Below the pieces are notes generated by a model. The model had not been told where the DNA came from. It did no database searches and saw nothing but the letters and a program-made list of their open reading frames with translations. The position numbers and the translations under genes were made by a program. A DNA stretch of 64,000 bases from an uncultured virus (IMG/VR IMGVR_UViG_3300021085_002396) (lineage: Duplodnaviria; Heunggongvirae; Uroviricota; Caudoviricetes): the IMG/VR virus record IMGVR_UViG_3300021085_002396; one strand, written 5' to 3'. The number at the start of each line of letters is the position of its first letter. Within the stretch, counting starts at the first letter, position 1. Of this stretch, positions 48,052 to 57,025 are shown piece after piece.

Positions 48052-48141
48052 TCCACTCTTCATTGAAGTAAGTAAATTCTGTCATATTAATAAATATAAG
48101 AATTAAACTTTTTATAAGCAACAATATGGCCATATATCTCC

Positions 48142-48168
48142 AATAAAAAACCCGGCACGTCTGCCGGG
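48142..48168 (-). terminator. Intrinsic terminator
   Basis: CCCGGCA-GACG-TGCCGGG-TTTTTTATT. Confidence 0.9.
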
Positions 48169-48290
48169 CTTATACTGTTAAGAAGTGTACTGCAACCGGA
48201 TGCATTTAAGATTACCGGAAATTTCTTTTACGCTATTGGGGTACTTGACGCCGGACTACTCCTTACCGACTTTCTTACCTTAACTAATTT
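48142..48290 (-). ncRNA. Candidate standalone ~150 nt small RNA
   Basis: Own promoter (48292-48327) and terminator; only an 11-codon ORF inside. Confidence 0.6.
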
Positions 48291-48333
48291 ACCACAATAT
48301 ATGAATAATATCTCGAATATGCAACTATTACCC

Positions 48334-48364
48334 AATAAAAAACCCCTCCGATTAGGGAAGGGTT
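48334..48364 (-). terminator. Intrinsic terminator
   Basis: AACCCTTCC-CTAATC-GGAGGGGTT-TTTTATT. Confidence 0.85.
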
Positions 48365-48366
48365 AG

Positions 48367-48434
48367 TTAAATTCGCGCGTGGCTCCTTCGGAGGAGAGAG
48401 AGAAAAACGCCCCCTCACCCCCTCGTCCATGCTT
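48367..48434 (-). repeat. Dispersed GC-rich structured element, copy 3
   Basis: Near-identical to 1217-1280; lies between a stop codon and a terminator. Confidence 0.9.
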
Positions 48435-49262
48435 TTATAAGTTCTCGAACTCTTTTATAAATTCAATCCACCATAAAATGAATTTTGACTCTTTAGCTGC
48501 ATCCCATGCTGCTGTCATTTCTGTTACTAATGTTCTAAAGTTTACAACGTTAGTATCAGTTGAAGTATCATAAAATGAACTTGCTGCTGTAGTCATTGAT
48601 ACAGTACCAGATTTAACTGCGTTATTAAAAACCCAATTAGATTCTGCTGTAATTAATCCTTTAAGAGTTGCTGGAGTTATACTTGTTGAAGTTAATCCAA
48701 TCGATACAGAGTCTATAGCTTTATTCAGATTTGTATCTGAGATAGTAGCTGCAACCATTGCATCGACTTTATGTCTTAAATCTTTGAATTGCTGTAAAAC
48801 TAAAACATCAGCTTCTGCTGCATCTATTGATGCTTGTAGAGTAACTGCGTTTGCTGTAAGGCTAGTTACTTGTGAAGTTAATGTAGTAATTTGTGCATTT
48901 AAGTCAGTAGTTGAACTCCCATTCGCTGTAATTGTAGCGTTAAGAGTCACTATTTCTGCATCTAAAGTAGCAATCTGATCTGTCAGAGTTGTTACAGATG
49001 TAGTTAGAGTGGCGATTTCGGCTACTTGGTCATCAGAAGTTACTCCCAATGCAGTAATCGTAGCATTTAAATCGTCAATCTGCTCTGTTAAAGATGTTGT
49101 TTGAGTAGTTAACTCATTTTTAGAAATAGTAAGCTCATTAATTTGTGCTTGATAACTACTTCTAATTTCTTGAACATCTTCAGGTGAGAACCAGTCTGAT
49201 TTCTCACAGCTTACACTTACACCAGCAAGTATAAACATTAAAATAAAAATTGATTTATTCAT
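48435..49262 (-). CDS. Coiled-coil lipoprotein
   Basis: SVSC lipobox; long T/A-rich heptad repeats. Confidence 0.85.
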   Translation of the reverse strand: MNKSIFILMFILAGVSVSCEKSDWFSPEDVQEIRSSYQAQINELTISKNELTTQTTSLTEQIDDLNATITALGVTSDDQVAEIATLTTSVTTLTDQIATLDAEIVTLNATITANGSSTTDLNAQITTLTSQVTSLTANAVTLQASIDAAEADVLVLQQFKDLRHKVDAMVAATISDTNLNKAIDSVSIGLTSTSITPATLKGLITAESNWVFNNAVKSGTVSMTTAASSFYDTSTDTNVVNFRTLVTEMTAAWDAAKESKFILWWIEFIKEFENL

Positions 49263-49282
49263 AATTACGTATTTAATTAACG

Positions 49283-49339
49283 TAGAAAAGGAAAGGGGAA
49301 TCGAACCCCTAACCTTTTTATATGAGAATTGCTTCTCTA
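49283..49339 (-). other. tRNA-like T-arm minihelix or tRNA remnant
   Basis: AAAAGG-TT-AGGGG-TTCGATT-CCCCT-TT-CCTTTT; no D or anticodon arm. Confidence 0.5.
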
Positions 49340-49507
49340 GGATTTTGTAGCCTCCATATTGGCTTTCTTATAAGGGGTAATTAATTTCTTAATTTCTCCT
49401 GCTGCTTTTCTAGCTCTTGCTTGAGAAGCTTTTGTACTTCCGCTATTATTTTCAGCTAGTACGTTAAATTGCTCTGCAATTTGTTCGAATAATTCTTCTT
49501 TGTTCAT
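49337..49507 (-). CDS. Histone H1-like (Hc1-family) small DNA-binding protein (56 aa, not in ORF track)
   Basis: KASQARARKAAGEIKKL..YKK matches the Bacteroidota pattern KAAGTRARK...EKL.KEFRK. Confidence 0.8.
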   Translation of the reverse strand: MNKEELFEQIAEQFNVLAENNSGSTKASQARARKAAGEIKKLITPYKKANMEATKS

Positions 49508-49526
49508 CTTTTAAATTTAATGTTAA

Positions 49527-51170
49527 TTAACCTAACAGCATATTAGGATCTACTCCCGGTGCTGTATCTTTTTTCTCTTTTCCTTTTGAGACAACTGCTT
49601 CAGTAATAAGTAACGTACCTGCTACTGATGCTGCATTTTCTAAGGCTAGTCTCGTTACCTTAGTTGGATCGATTATTCCTTCTGCAAACATATTAACTAT
49701 GTTTTTGTTTCTTGGATTATAACCTGACCATTTATCATAGTTGGTTTTTAAATCTTCTTCTATATCTCCTATCTGATCATTAGTATAACCTGCATTTAAT
49801 AAGATAGTATAGAATGGTCTTTCACAAGCATTAATAACTATATCAGCTCCTAATCTTTCATCATCACTATCAAAAGAACTTAATGTATGTACTAATTCCA
49901 TAGAAGCGTTAAGTAAAGCTACTCCTCCTCCAGGTAAAATTCCTTCTTCCAAGGCAGCTTTGGTGGCATGTAGAGCATCATCAACTCTATCTTTTTTCTC
50001 TTTCATTTCAACTTCAGTATGTCCTCCAACATGAACTAGAGCTACGCCACCCATAAATTTTGCTAACCTATCTTGAAGTTTTTCTTTTTCATAAGGTGAA
50101 TTGCTTTCATCTATTTGAGTTTTGATTTCTTCAATCCTCTGTGTAATTACTGACTCTTCTCCTTTTGCATCGATTATAGTACAGGTATCTTTTGTAACGG
50201 TTACCTTTCCGGAAGAACCTAACCATTTAGCATCGAACTTTTCTAACCTCATTCCTTTATCTGGAGATATGACTGTTGCACCAGTAAGCACTGCTATATC
50301 TTCTAACATTGCTTTTTTTCTATCACCAAATTCAGGAGCTTTAACTGCTACTACAGGCAAAATACCTCTCATCTTATTAACTACCATAGTAGATAGTGCC
50401 TCTCCTTCTATATCATCTGCTATTACTAGTAATGATTTGTTTTGCTGAGAAGCTCCTTCTAAGATAGGTAGTAACTCTTTAATAGCACTAACTCTTTTGT
50501 CGATTAATAATACTAACGGATTCGAGAGAACAGCTGACATGGTATTATTGTCTGTAACGAAGTAAGGAGACTTATAACCGCGATTGAATTGCATACCTTC
50601 GACTGTTTCGAGATATGTTTCTCCTGTTTTAGATTCTTCAATTGTTACGACTCCATCCTGACCAACTTTGTCCATGGCAGTGGAAATTAATTCACCAACT
50701 TCTTTATCATTATTAGCTGAAATGGTGGCTACCTGTTTCAACTGTTCCTCGTCCGTGATTTCTTTAGAGTAATCTTCTTGTAGTCCTTCTACAATTATTT
50801 TAACAGCTTTCTCAATACCTCTCTTTACGTCTACGGCATTTGATCCTGCTTTTAGCCTATCCAGTCCTTCATTAAGTATAGATTGGGCTAATAATGTTGA
50901 AGTAGTAGTTCCATCTCCAGCTAAGTCAGCTGTTTTAATAGCTGCTTGTTTAACTATTTGTGCTCCTAGGTTCTCTACTTTATTTTTTAATGTAATTGAT
51001 TTTGCTACAGTAACTCCGTCTTTAGTAGATACTGGGTTACCCATATCTTGTTCTATAATAACGTTTCGTCCTGCAGGTCCTAAGGTTGCCGTAACTGCAT
51101 TTGCTAGTTTATCGACTCCATCAGCTAGATTATTCCTAGCATCGTCTGAAAATGTAATCTTTTTAGTCAT
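49527..51170 (-). CDS. groEL: Chaperonin GroEL
   Basis: TLGP.GRN, TKDGVTVA, GDGTTT, EGMQF.RGY. Confidence 0.98.
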   Translation of the reverse strand: MTKKITFSDDARNNLADGVDKLANAVTATLGPAGRNVIIEQDMGNPVSTKDGVTVAKSITLKNKVENLGAQIVKQAAIKTADLAGDGTTTSTLLAQSILNEGLDRLKAGSNAVDVKRGIEKAVKIIVEGLQEDYSKEITDEEQLKQVATISANNDKEVGELISTAMDKVGQDGVVTIEESKTGETYLETVEGMQFNRGYKSPYFVTDNNTMSAVLSNPLVLLIDKRVSAIKELLPILEGASQQNKSLLVIADDIEGEALSTMVVNKMRGILPVVAVKAPEFGDRKKAMLEDIAVLTGATVISPDKGMRLEKFDAKWLGSSGKVTVTKDTCTIIDAKGEESVITQRIEEIKTQIDESNSPYEKEKLQDRLAKFMGGVALVHVGGHTEVEMKEKKDRVDDALHATKAALEEGILPGGGVALLNASMELVHTLSSFDSDDERLGADIVINACERPFYTILLNAGYTNDQIGDIEEDLKTNYDKWSGYNPRNKNIVNMFAEGIIDPTKVTRLALENAASVAGTLLITEAVVSKGKEKKDTAPGVDPNMLLG

Positions 51171-51507
51171 AGTACTCTGGATCTATTTTAGTTTTTGGTT
51201 CTGATTCTACTTCTTTAATCACCGCTAATACTTCTCTATCTTGAGCAATATAATACTCTTGACCTTCAAAGTCAATTCTCAAAGTACCAATTTTAGGTAC
51301 AAGTACTATATCTCCTTCTCTACAAGTTCTAACGGGAATGTTTTTTCCATATTCAGATAGTCTACCAGGACCAACTGCAATAACTTTGCCCATTTCAGGC
51401 TTTTCCTTCCCCATGTCAGGGATTACAATCGAACCGTATGTCTGCTCACCTTCGTCTATAGGTATTAACAGTATTCGATCGTTTTTTGGGTATAACTTTT
51501 TATCCAT
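51163..51507 (-). CDS. groES: Co-chaperonin GroES
   Basis: P..DRIL, GSIVIPD..KEKP..G.VIAVGPG. Confidence 0.95.
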   Translation of the reverse strand: MDKKLYPKNDRILLIPIDEGEQTYGSIVIPDMGKEKPEMGKVIAVGPGRLSEYGKNIPVRTCREGDIVLVPKIGTLRIDFEGQEYYIAQDREVLAVIKEVESEPKTKIDPEYYD

Positions 51508-51600
51508 AAAATATTTTATAACTTTTAATATTAATTAATATAAGAAAATTTAATTAAAGGACCAACGTCGAGAGCGAAAAAAAACTAAAAAACTTAAAAT

Positions 51601-52038
51601 TTAGCTAATCTTCAGAGTTTTTGGCTCTGATCCTTTAGCAAAAGGAATTATAACTTGCAATAGACCGTTCTTAAAGTCAGCCGATGCTTTAGAAAGGTTA
51701 AACTTACTATCAATTTTCCAACCTAAGTTGAAGGATCTTTTAGCAATACCTTTATGTATATAAGACACGTCTTTGCAATCGCACTCTGGAGCACAATGGC
51801 AGTCGTCTTTGTCTTTATCGTAATTTATTCTGATTATATTACCTTCAATAAGAATTTCGATATCTTCTTTAGAAATACCGGTACAAGCTATATCTAAAGC
51901 TAGGCCGTTTTCAATTTCGTAAATATCTACTGGGTGAGGTAATTTTGAATCTGATATAGGTTGATACCTATTTGTTGTTTGCAGGAAGTTCCTGACTAAA
52001 ATGTCGAACGGATTACGTTCGTAAATTAATGTACTCAT
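51601..52038 (-). CDS. Small heat shock protein (Hsp20)
   Basis: PVDIYE, HKGIAKRSF, A.FKNGLL. Confidence 0.95.
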   Translation of the reverse strand: MSTLIYERNPFDILVRNFLQTTNRYQPISDSKLPHPVDIYEIENGLALDIACTGISKEDIEILIEGNIIRINYDKDKDDCHCAPECDCKDVSYIHKGIAKRSFNLGWKIDSKFNLSKASADFKNGLLQVIIPFAKGSEPKTLKIS

Positions 52039-52162
52039 ATCATTATGTTTTGTGATGTCCTAAGATCATCGGGTTAAAATAAAAAATCGCTCTCGAGTCG
52101 ACCTTTATATAATATAAATATATGAAAAAAAACTAAACGAACCAACTACCTATTAAATTATA

Positions 52163-53182
52163 TTAATTATCTTCCCATATTACATCTACATGTTCTATTT
52201 CTCCTTGTAATTGTTTAGTGCGTTCTTCGTAATTATCTTTTAGATTAGTCCAACCAACTATCTTACCTAAAGGTGGGTTCCTAGTTAAATAGAAAGGTAT
52301 GTTAGTATCGTCGAGCCATTTACTCCAGTCTGAGTTATCTACACATCGTTTATAATTTGCTTCGTTTTTATTAAGACTAGGAGTAAAGAATAAAAACTCT
52401 CCTTCTATATTTTCAACGTTTGTTACGTCAAATTCAATAGGAGGGTCTTCTTCAAAATAAGTTTCTCTATATGATTTCCCAAAAATAGAAGAATGTATAT
52501 GAACATCGTAATCCGCATAGTCACCAGGAAAACATGATTGAAGTTCCTTAACCGTAAGAGTTAATGAAGTTACGTGTTGTGCTTCTTTTCTCATAAATTT
52601 AACATAAACGTAATCTGCGGATTCTTTTTTACTAAGACTCTGTATACTCCTTGGTAAGACTATTGACGGTTCGTATTGATGTATAAGGTCATTAATTAGG
52701 TGACAGTTTTCTTCGAATACTGTTTGGTCTAAAATTTCGAATTGCTTAGGAGCGAGATCAATAAATGCTTGACGTTTTTCCGGCCAATTCATACTCTTAA
52801 ACTGCAGCAATTGTTTATGATCCCAGTTATGCTTCCAAGCTTTAAGTGTGGTGATTCCCGTTGTGAAACATCTGTGTATTAGCTGAGTCTCAGCAATTGT
52901 CATTTTTTGTTTTGCCCAATGTGGAAATTTCTTTCCTTTTATTGCTTTATTAACATTGCTTATAGCAGTATTTAATTTTATGCTAATATCTTTTTTATCT
53001 TTTTGGGATACTGAGCTCGATTTAGAATTACCGTCCAATGCCCATTTGACATTCGTAGCTTCCATATCATTTGAAGGCTTGTTTTTAAGAAAGCAATAAA
53101 CCCATTTTCTAACTGCCGGTGTATCAAGTAGTCTGATATCCAGTGTAACTTTAGATTTATATGTAACTTTAAGGTTGTACAC
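52163..53182 (-). CDS. Hypothetical protein
   Basis: 339 aa ORF; INDLIH..E and GK motifs. Confidence 0.75.
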   Translation of the reverse strand: MYNLKVTYKSKVTLDIRLLDTPAVRKWVYCFLKNKPSNDMEATNVKWALDGNSKSSSVSQKDKKDISIKLNTAISNVNKAIKGKKFPHWAKQKMTIAETQLIHRCFTTGITTLKAWKHNWDHKQLLQFKSMNWPEKRQAFIDLAPKQFEILDQTVFEENCHLINDLIHQYEPSIVLPRSIQSLSKKESADYVYVKFMRKEAQHVTSLTLTVKELQSCFPGDYADYDVHIHSSIFGKSYRETYFEEDPPIEFDVTNVENIEGEFLFFTPSLNKNEANYKRCVDNSDWSKWLDDTNIPFYLTRNPPLGKIVGWTNLKDNYEERTKQLQGEIEHVDVIWEDN

Positions 53183-53183
53183 T

Positions 53184-55715
53184 CTAGTGACCGTCTTTCC
53201 AGTTATTAGCTATCTCTGGAGGAGCTTTTAAAGTTACGCCAGGTAGTATTGTAGTATTCTCCATTAACTCTTGGACTATAGGGGCGAACATCTTAGCATC
53301 TTTCTCATCTACGTTAACAACAAGTTGATCATGAACCTGTGCTTGCACTATAGCATCGATACCTAATTCTTTAGCTTTTCTATTAATCTTTAAAGCAGCT
53401 CTATTGACTACAGCAGCTGCTAATGATTGCAATTGAAAGTTTAAGCAGTTATTTCTACCGTTTCTATAATCTCTATAAGTCTGTAAAGCTTCAGCTTTAG
53501 CTTTATCTCTAACAAAACGAGTAAAAGCATCGGTATACATTTGATTAATCTGTTGAGGAGGCATAGACTCTTTTACCTTAGGAGCTCCTATAATTTCATG
53601 AAACGATTCTAAGTCCCAAGTATCCCCATCTGATATTTTATCCCAAGTCTCTTCTCTCCACTTTTCAGTTAGAGTAGTATCTTGCCAATCTTGTCTATAT
53701 CTCCAGTTTAGTATATTACATTTAACATCACCAGATTTCTTATCTATATAAGTACCGTGCTCTTCTTGTATTCTCTGCACCTTAGGTAAATGACGTATCC
53801 TGCCAAGATAATTAGTAATTCTACCATGAGTTTCTACTTGTAATCTAGAATCCTCTCTCCATTTAGCTAATCCTGGGAATCCCTCTAGATAACCTTTGAT
53901 TAACTCTTCAGCTACATTCTGCTCTACTCCTAAAGTCATTTTTAAAGCAAATGCCTCCATACCGTATGCAACTCCTAACGAATAAGCTTTAGCTTTATTT
54001 CTCTTTACAGGATCTAACTTCTTAAGATAGTTATCAGCTTTTTTATCAGCAGATACTCCTTCAAGATTTTCAGTTTGTATAGCTACATAAGAATAAAAGT
54101 CCCAATTATTAGCAAATATCTCTTGCAGTTTTTTATCTCCTGATACAGATGCAAAGCAGTGAGGTTCTAGAGATTCGTAATCACAGTCAATAACTTTTCT
54201 ACCTTTACCAGCAGTCAGGAAAGCTCTAACTATATTAACATACTTCATAATAATAGGAGCATCTTCTCCTTCTTCTAAAGGCTTAGGTAGCTGTTGAGCA
54301 TCAGATCCATAACGACCAGATACTGTACCGTTCTGCTTAAAGTAAAAGAAGTACTTACCGTCTTCCTGACGGTCTCTAAACCTGTCTACGTAGGTAGATT
54401 TAATCTTAAGTAACTTATTATATATACGTAAGTTTTCAGCCCAGGGATACTTCTTAGCTAACTCTTCTACCATAGTCATATCAAATTTATCTCTACCTGA
54501 CTTGGTATTAGCACCTGACGTTTTAGGCTTTTCTTTTAGGTATTGAAAAACTATTTCACCTAAATGCTTCTTAGATTGAATATTAATATAATCTCCATCA
54601 TTAGATTCTCTCCACAAGTCCATAGATATACGAGCCTGTTCTTTTAACTCAATCAATTCTAAATTACCAGTGAGAAGAAACTCTTTAATGTTAGAGTCTT
54701 CTAACTCCTCTATATTCTTTTGAGTAATAGAATACTTACCTGTCTTTTCAGACTTAGGTAACGGTAATGAATACCTGCTAATTAATCTCTGAGCCCAAGT
54801 ACCTTTATGATTAGGAGGGTAAGCAGACGTAGCAGTATGTATTACCCATTCCTGAACCTGTCTTAAGTCAAGTAGGGATTTCATAACAATCTCTTTATTC
54901 TCTTTCTGATCTTTTTCAATCTCACTATGAATCTTTTCAATAAGGTCATTATCTAAATCTACTCCATAAGCTTCCATAGGAACAGTAACTTCTCTATAGA
55001 TTGGCATTACCTCATCTTCAAAGAAGAATTTAGTTAGTCCTTCTTCTTCAAGTTTTTTAAGGTACATATTACATATACGTAATGTTAAATCGGTATCTGC
55101 AGAAGCATACTTAGAAAGAATACTAAGATCGGCTTTATAAATTTCATATAAATCTTTAGTAACAGAACCTCCGTTACCTTTAATACTCTCTTTCAATTCT
55201 ACTTGCTCATCATTAGCCGCTTTGTCCATATCAAGACCTAGCTCTTTCTGATTCATCTTAGCAATAGACTTTAAACCAAAGGGGTTACCAAAACCAAATG
55301 CTCCTTCTTCAAATACAGTATGTACTAGTAATCCAGTATCTACCCATACGTCAGGTAATAAATCAACTCCTAAGTAATTCTTAATAAATTGAACATCAAA
55401 CGATGCGTTATGGAATACTAGTTTTTTACCTTTAAGTAAGTTAAGTAAGTTTCTGGAAATAGTCTCAGTAGAAGTACCATCGATAGTTTGCAACTCTAAT
55501 TCTCCTTTATCAAAGTTCCATACTAACGTAGGAAGATAAAATCCTATACCTTCATCACCAGAAACAGACCAACCTACTATCTTATCCTTCCTAGGATTAA
55601 GACCAGTAGTCTCTGTATCGACTGCAAGTATATCAGATTCTACAATATGCTGATGTAATAATTTTAAGTCCGCTTTATCTTGGACTGTGTAGTACTTTTT
55701 TTCTAAGTTAGCCAT
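53184..55715 (-). CDS. polA: DNA polymerase family A (3'-5' exonuclease plus polymerase)
   Basis: DTETTG, HNASFD, YA.AD, SGR, DYESLE, R..AK...LG..YG, QVHDQ. Confidence 0.95.
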   Translation of the reverse strand: MANLEKKYYTVQDKADLKLLHQHIVESDILAVDTETTGLNPRKDKIVGWSVSGDEGIGFYLPTLVWNFDKGELELQTIDGTSTETISRNLLNLLKGKKLVFHNASFDVQFIKNYLGVDLLPDVWVDTGLLVHTVFEEGAFGFGNPFGLKSIAKMNQKELGLDMDKAANDEQVELKESIKGNGGSVTKDLYEIYKADLSILSKYASADTDLTLRICNMYLKKLEEEGLTKFFFEDEVMPIYREVTVPMEAYGVDLDNDLIEKIHSEIEKDQKENKEIVMKSLLDLRQVQEWVIHTATSAYPPNHKGTWAQRLISRYSLPLPKSEKTGKYSITQKNIEELEDSNIKEFLLTGNLELIELKEQARISMDLWRESNDGDYINIQSKKHLGEIVFQYLKEKPKTSGANTKSGRDKFDMTMVEELAKKYPWAENLRIYNKLLKIKSTYVDRFRDRQEDGKYFFYFKQNGTVSGRYGSDAQQLPKPLEEGEDAPIIMKYVNIVRAFLTAGKGRKVIDCDYESLEPHCFASVSGDKKLQEIFANNWDFYSYVAIQTENLEGVSADKKADNYLKKLDPVKRNKAKAYSLGVAYGMEAFALKMTLGVEQNVAEELIKGYLEGFPGLAKWREDSRLQVETHGRITNYLGRIRHLPKVQRIQEEHGTYIDKKSGDVKCNILNWRYRQDWQDTTLTEKWREETWDKISDGDTWDLESFHEIIGAPKVKESMPPQQINQMYTDAFTRFVRDKAKAEALQTYRDYRNGRNNCLNFQLQSLAAAVVNRAALKINRKAKELGIDAIVQAQVHDQLVVNVDEKDAKMFAPIVQELMENTTILPGVTLKAPPEIANNWKDGH

Positions 55716-56161
55716 ATTTCTTCTAAAGTTTGTTGTTTAAGATCGTATTCAATTTCGTATAAGTCTATCTTGCAAGGAAATCCAGTATCATTAACCCAAT
55801 TATCAGGTAGTTTAGCTGATATCATAACTGCTTTTTGGCCATTTTTAAGCTTTTTATCTAATATATCACAAGTCTTAAAACTACCGTTATCTTTTTTATT
55901 ACCTTTTCTCCACTCAAGTAGATTATTATTAGCACTCCTATATTGACTAATCCTATTGTTTACGCCTTTCTTTTTTCCTTCACCGTATATACCATTTTTA
56001 CGTACTCTAACTACACCTTCATTATCTTGTACTAAGATACGATAAACTCCTTGTTTATACAACGTTGCAAATTCTCTAGGACATTCAGGCCAAAATAGAC
56101 CAGAGGGAGTTTTAGTGATATCTATTATCTTTTCCCACTCTAATTGATTTAAGTAATCCAT
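55703..56161 (-). CDS. Possible diverged GIY-YIG-like nuclease
   Basis: GVY..., K.G, R..QY and a late E; weak match. Confidence 0.45.
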   Translation of the reverse strand: MDYLNQLEWEKIIDITKTPSGLFWPECPREFATLYKQGVYRILVQDNEGVVRVRKNGIYGEGKKKGVNNRISQYRSANNNLLEWRKGNKKDNGSFKTCDILDKKLKNGQKAVMISAKLPDNWVNDTGFPCKIDLYEIEYDLKQQTLEEIWLT

Positions 56162-56196
56162 AACCGTTTAATAATATACAATATACGAATAATATA

Positions 56197-56763
56197 TCAG
56201 AATGCCAAGAAAGTACCTATATCTTTTTCTGATAATTTAATCTGATGAACTTTTTCTAGTTCATTAATTACTGCTTGTTTTGTAGGTATGTCGCCATTAA
56301 AATAAGTCCATACTAAGCTCTGATGTATAGTGTTTATTTTATTAGATAAAGAGTTTATCCTAGCTTCTATTAATTTAGAATCTGACTCTACCAATTTTAC
56401 TTTAACGTTATACTTAACAGCAAATTTAATAAGCTCTATTACATCTCTTTCTTCGTATGCTTTTTTTAACTCATTAAAGTCATCTACAGTTCCTCCTTTG
56501 TCTGGGTGAGCATGCTTACTAAGTCTTTTATAAAGTTTTCTTAATCTTGGATCTGCTTCTGGTTTAGATTCTTTATCAGGTTTTTCCTCTCTAATCTCAC
56601 CAGTTTCTTCATCAACCCACATAACCTTTTGTTTGTCCATTAAGTACTTACCGATAATGCTATTCCACTTATCAAGATACTCGTCTAGTTGTTCTTGATT
56701 TTCTTCGAGTTCTAATCTTAAGAACTCATACTTATGTGAAATTTTGGCAAGTGATTTGTCCAT
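56197..56763 (-). CDS. J-domain protein
   Basis: KLYKRLSK.AHPDKGG...F..L..AY. Confidence 0.85.
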   Translation of the reverse strand: MDKSLAKISHKYEFLRLELEENQEQLDEYLDKWNSIIGKYLMDKQKVMWVDEETGEIREEKPDKESKPEADPRLRKLYKRLSKHAHPDKGGTVDDFNELKKAYEERDVIELIKFAVKYNVKVKLVESDSKLIEARINSLSNKINTIHQSLVWTYFNGDIPTKQAVINELEKVHQIKLSEKDIGTFLAF

Positions 56764-57023
56764 TAGTACTCTCCATAAAGATCGAATTTCATTGGTTCTG
56801 GTTCAACAACTTCTACTTCTTGTTTTTCAATAGCATAAAGTTTACCGTCTAATGGATCTAGTTGGTAAGATCCTTTAAATTTAGTTTTACGCATATACAT
56901 TGTAAGAGCCATTACAAGGCTCTCGATTGTTGTTCCCTGATCAATGACTAATTCCCAGTTATCTCCAGGAGGCATTCTATTCGCTATAAGTACTCTTTCT
57001 TCCTCAATTTGTATTTCTGGCAT
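56763..57023 (-). CDS. Hypothetical protein
   Basis: 86 aa ORF, R.PPGD.W motif. Confidence 0.75.
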   Translation of the reverse strand: MPEIQIEEERVLIANRMPPGDNWELVIDQGTTIESLVMALTMYMRKTKFKGSYQLDPLDGKLYAIEKQEVEVVEPEPMKFDLYGEY

Positions 57024-57025
57024 AA

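Noticed and set aside
689..51538. All plus-strand ORFs in the track
   Set aside because: Antisense to well-supported minus-strand genes or RNAs, with no recognisable motifs or start context
53460..53783. Intein or intron in the polymerase
   Set aside because: Frame is continuous and there are no Cys/Ser...His-Asn boundaries
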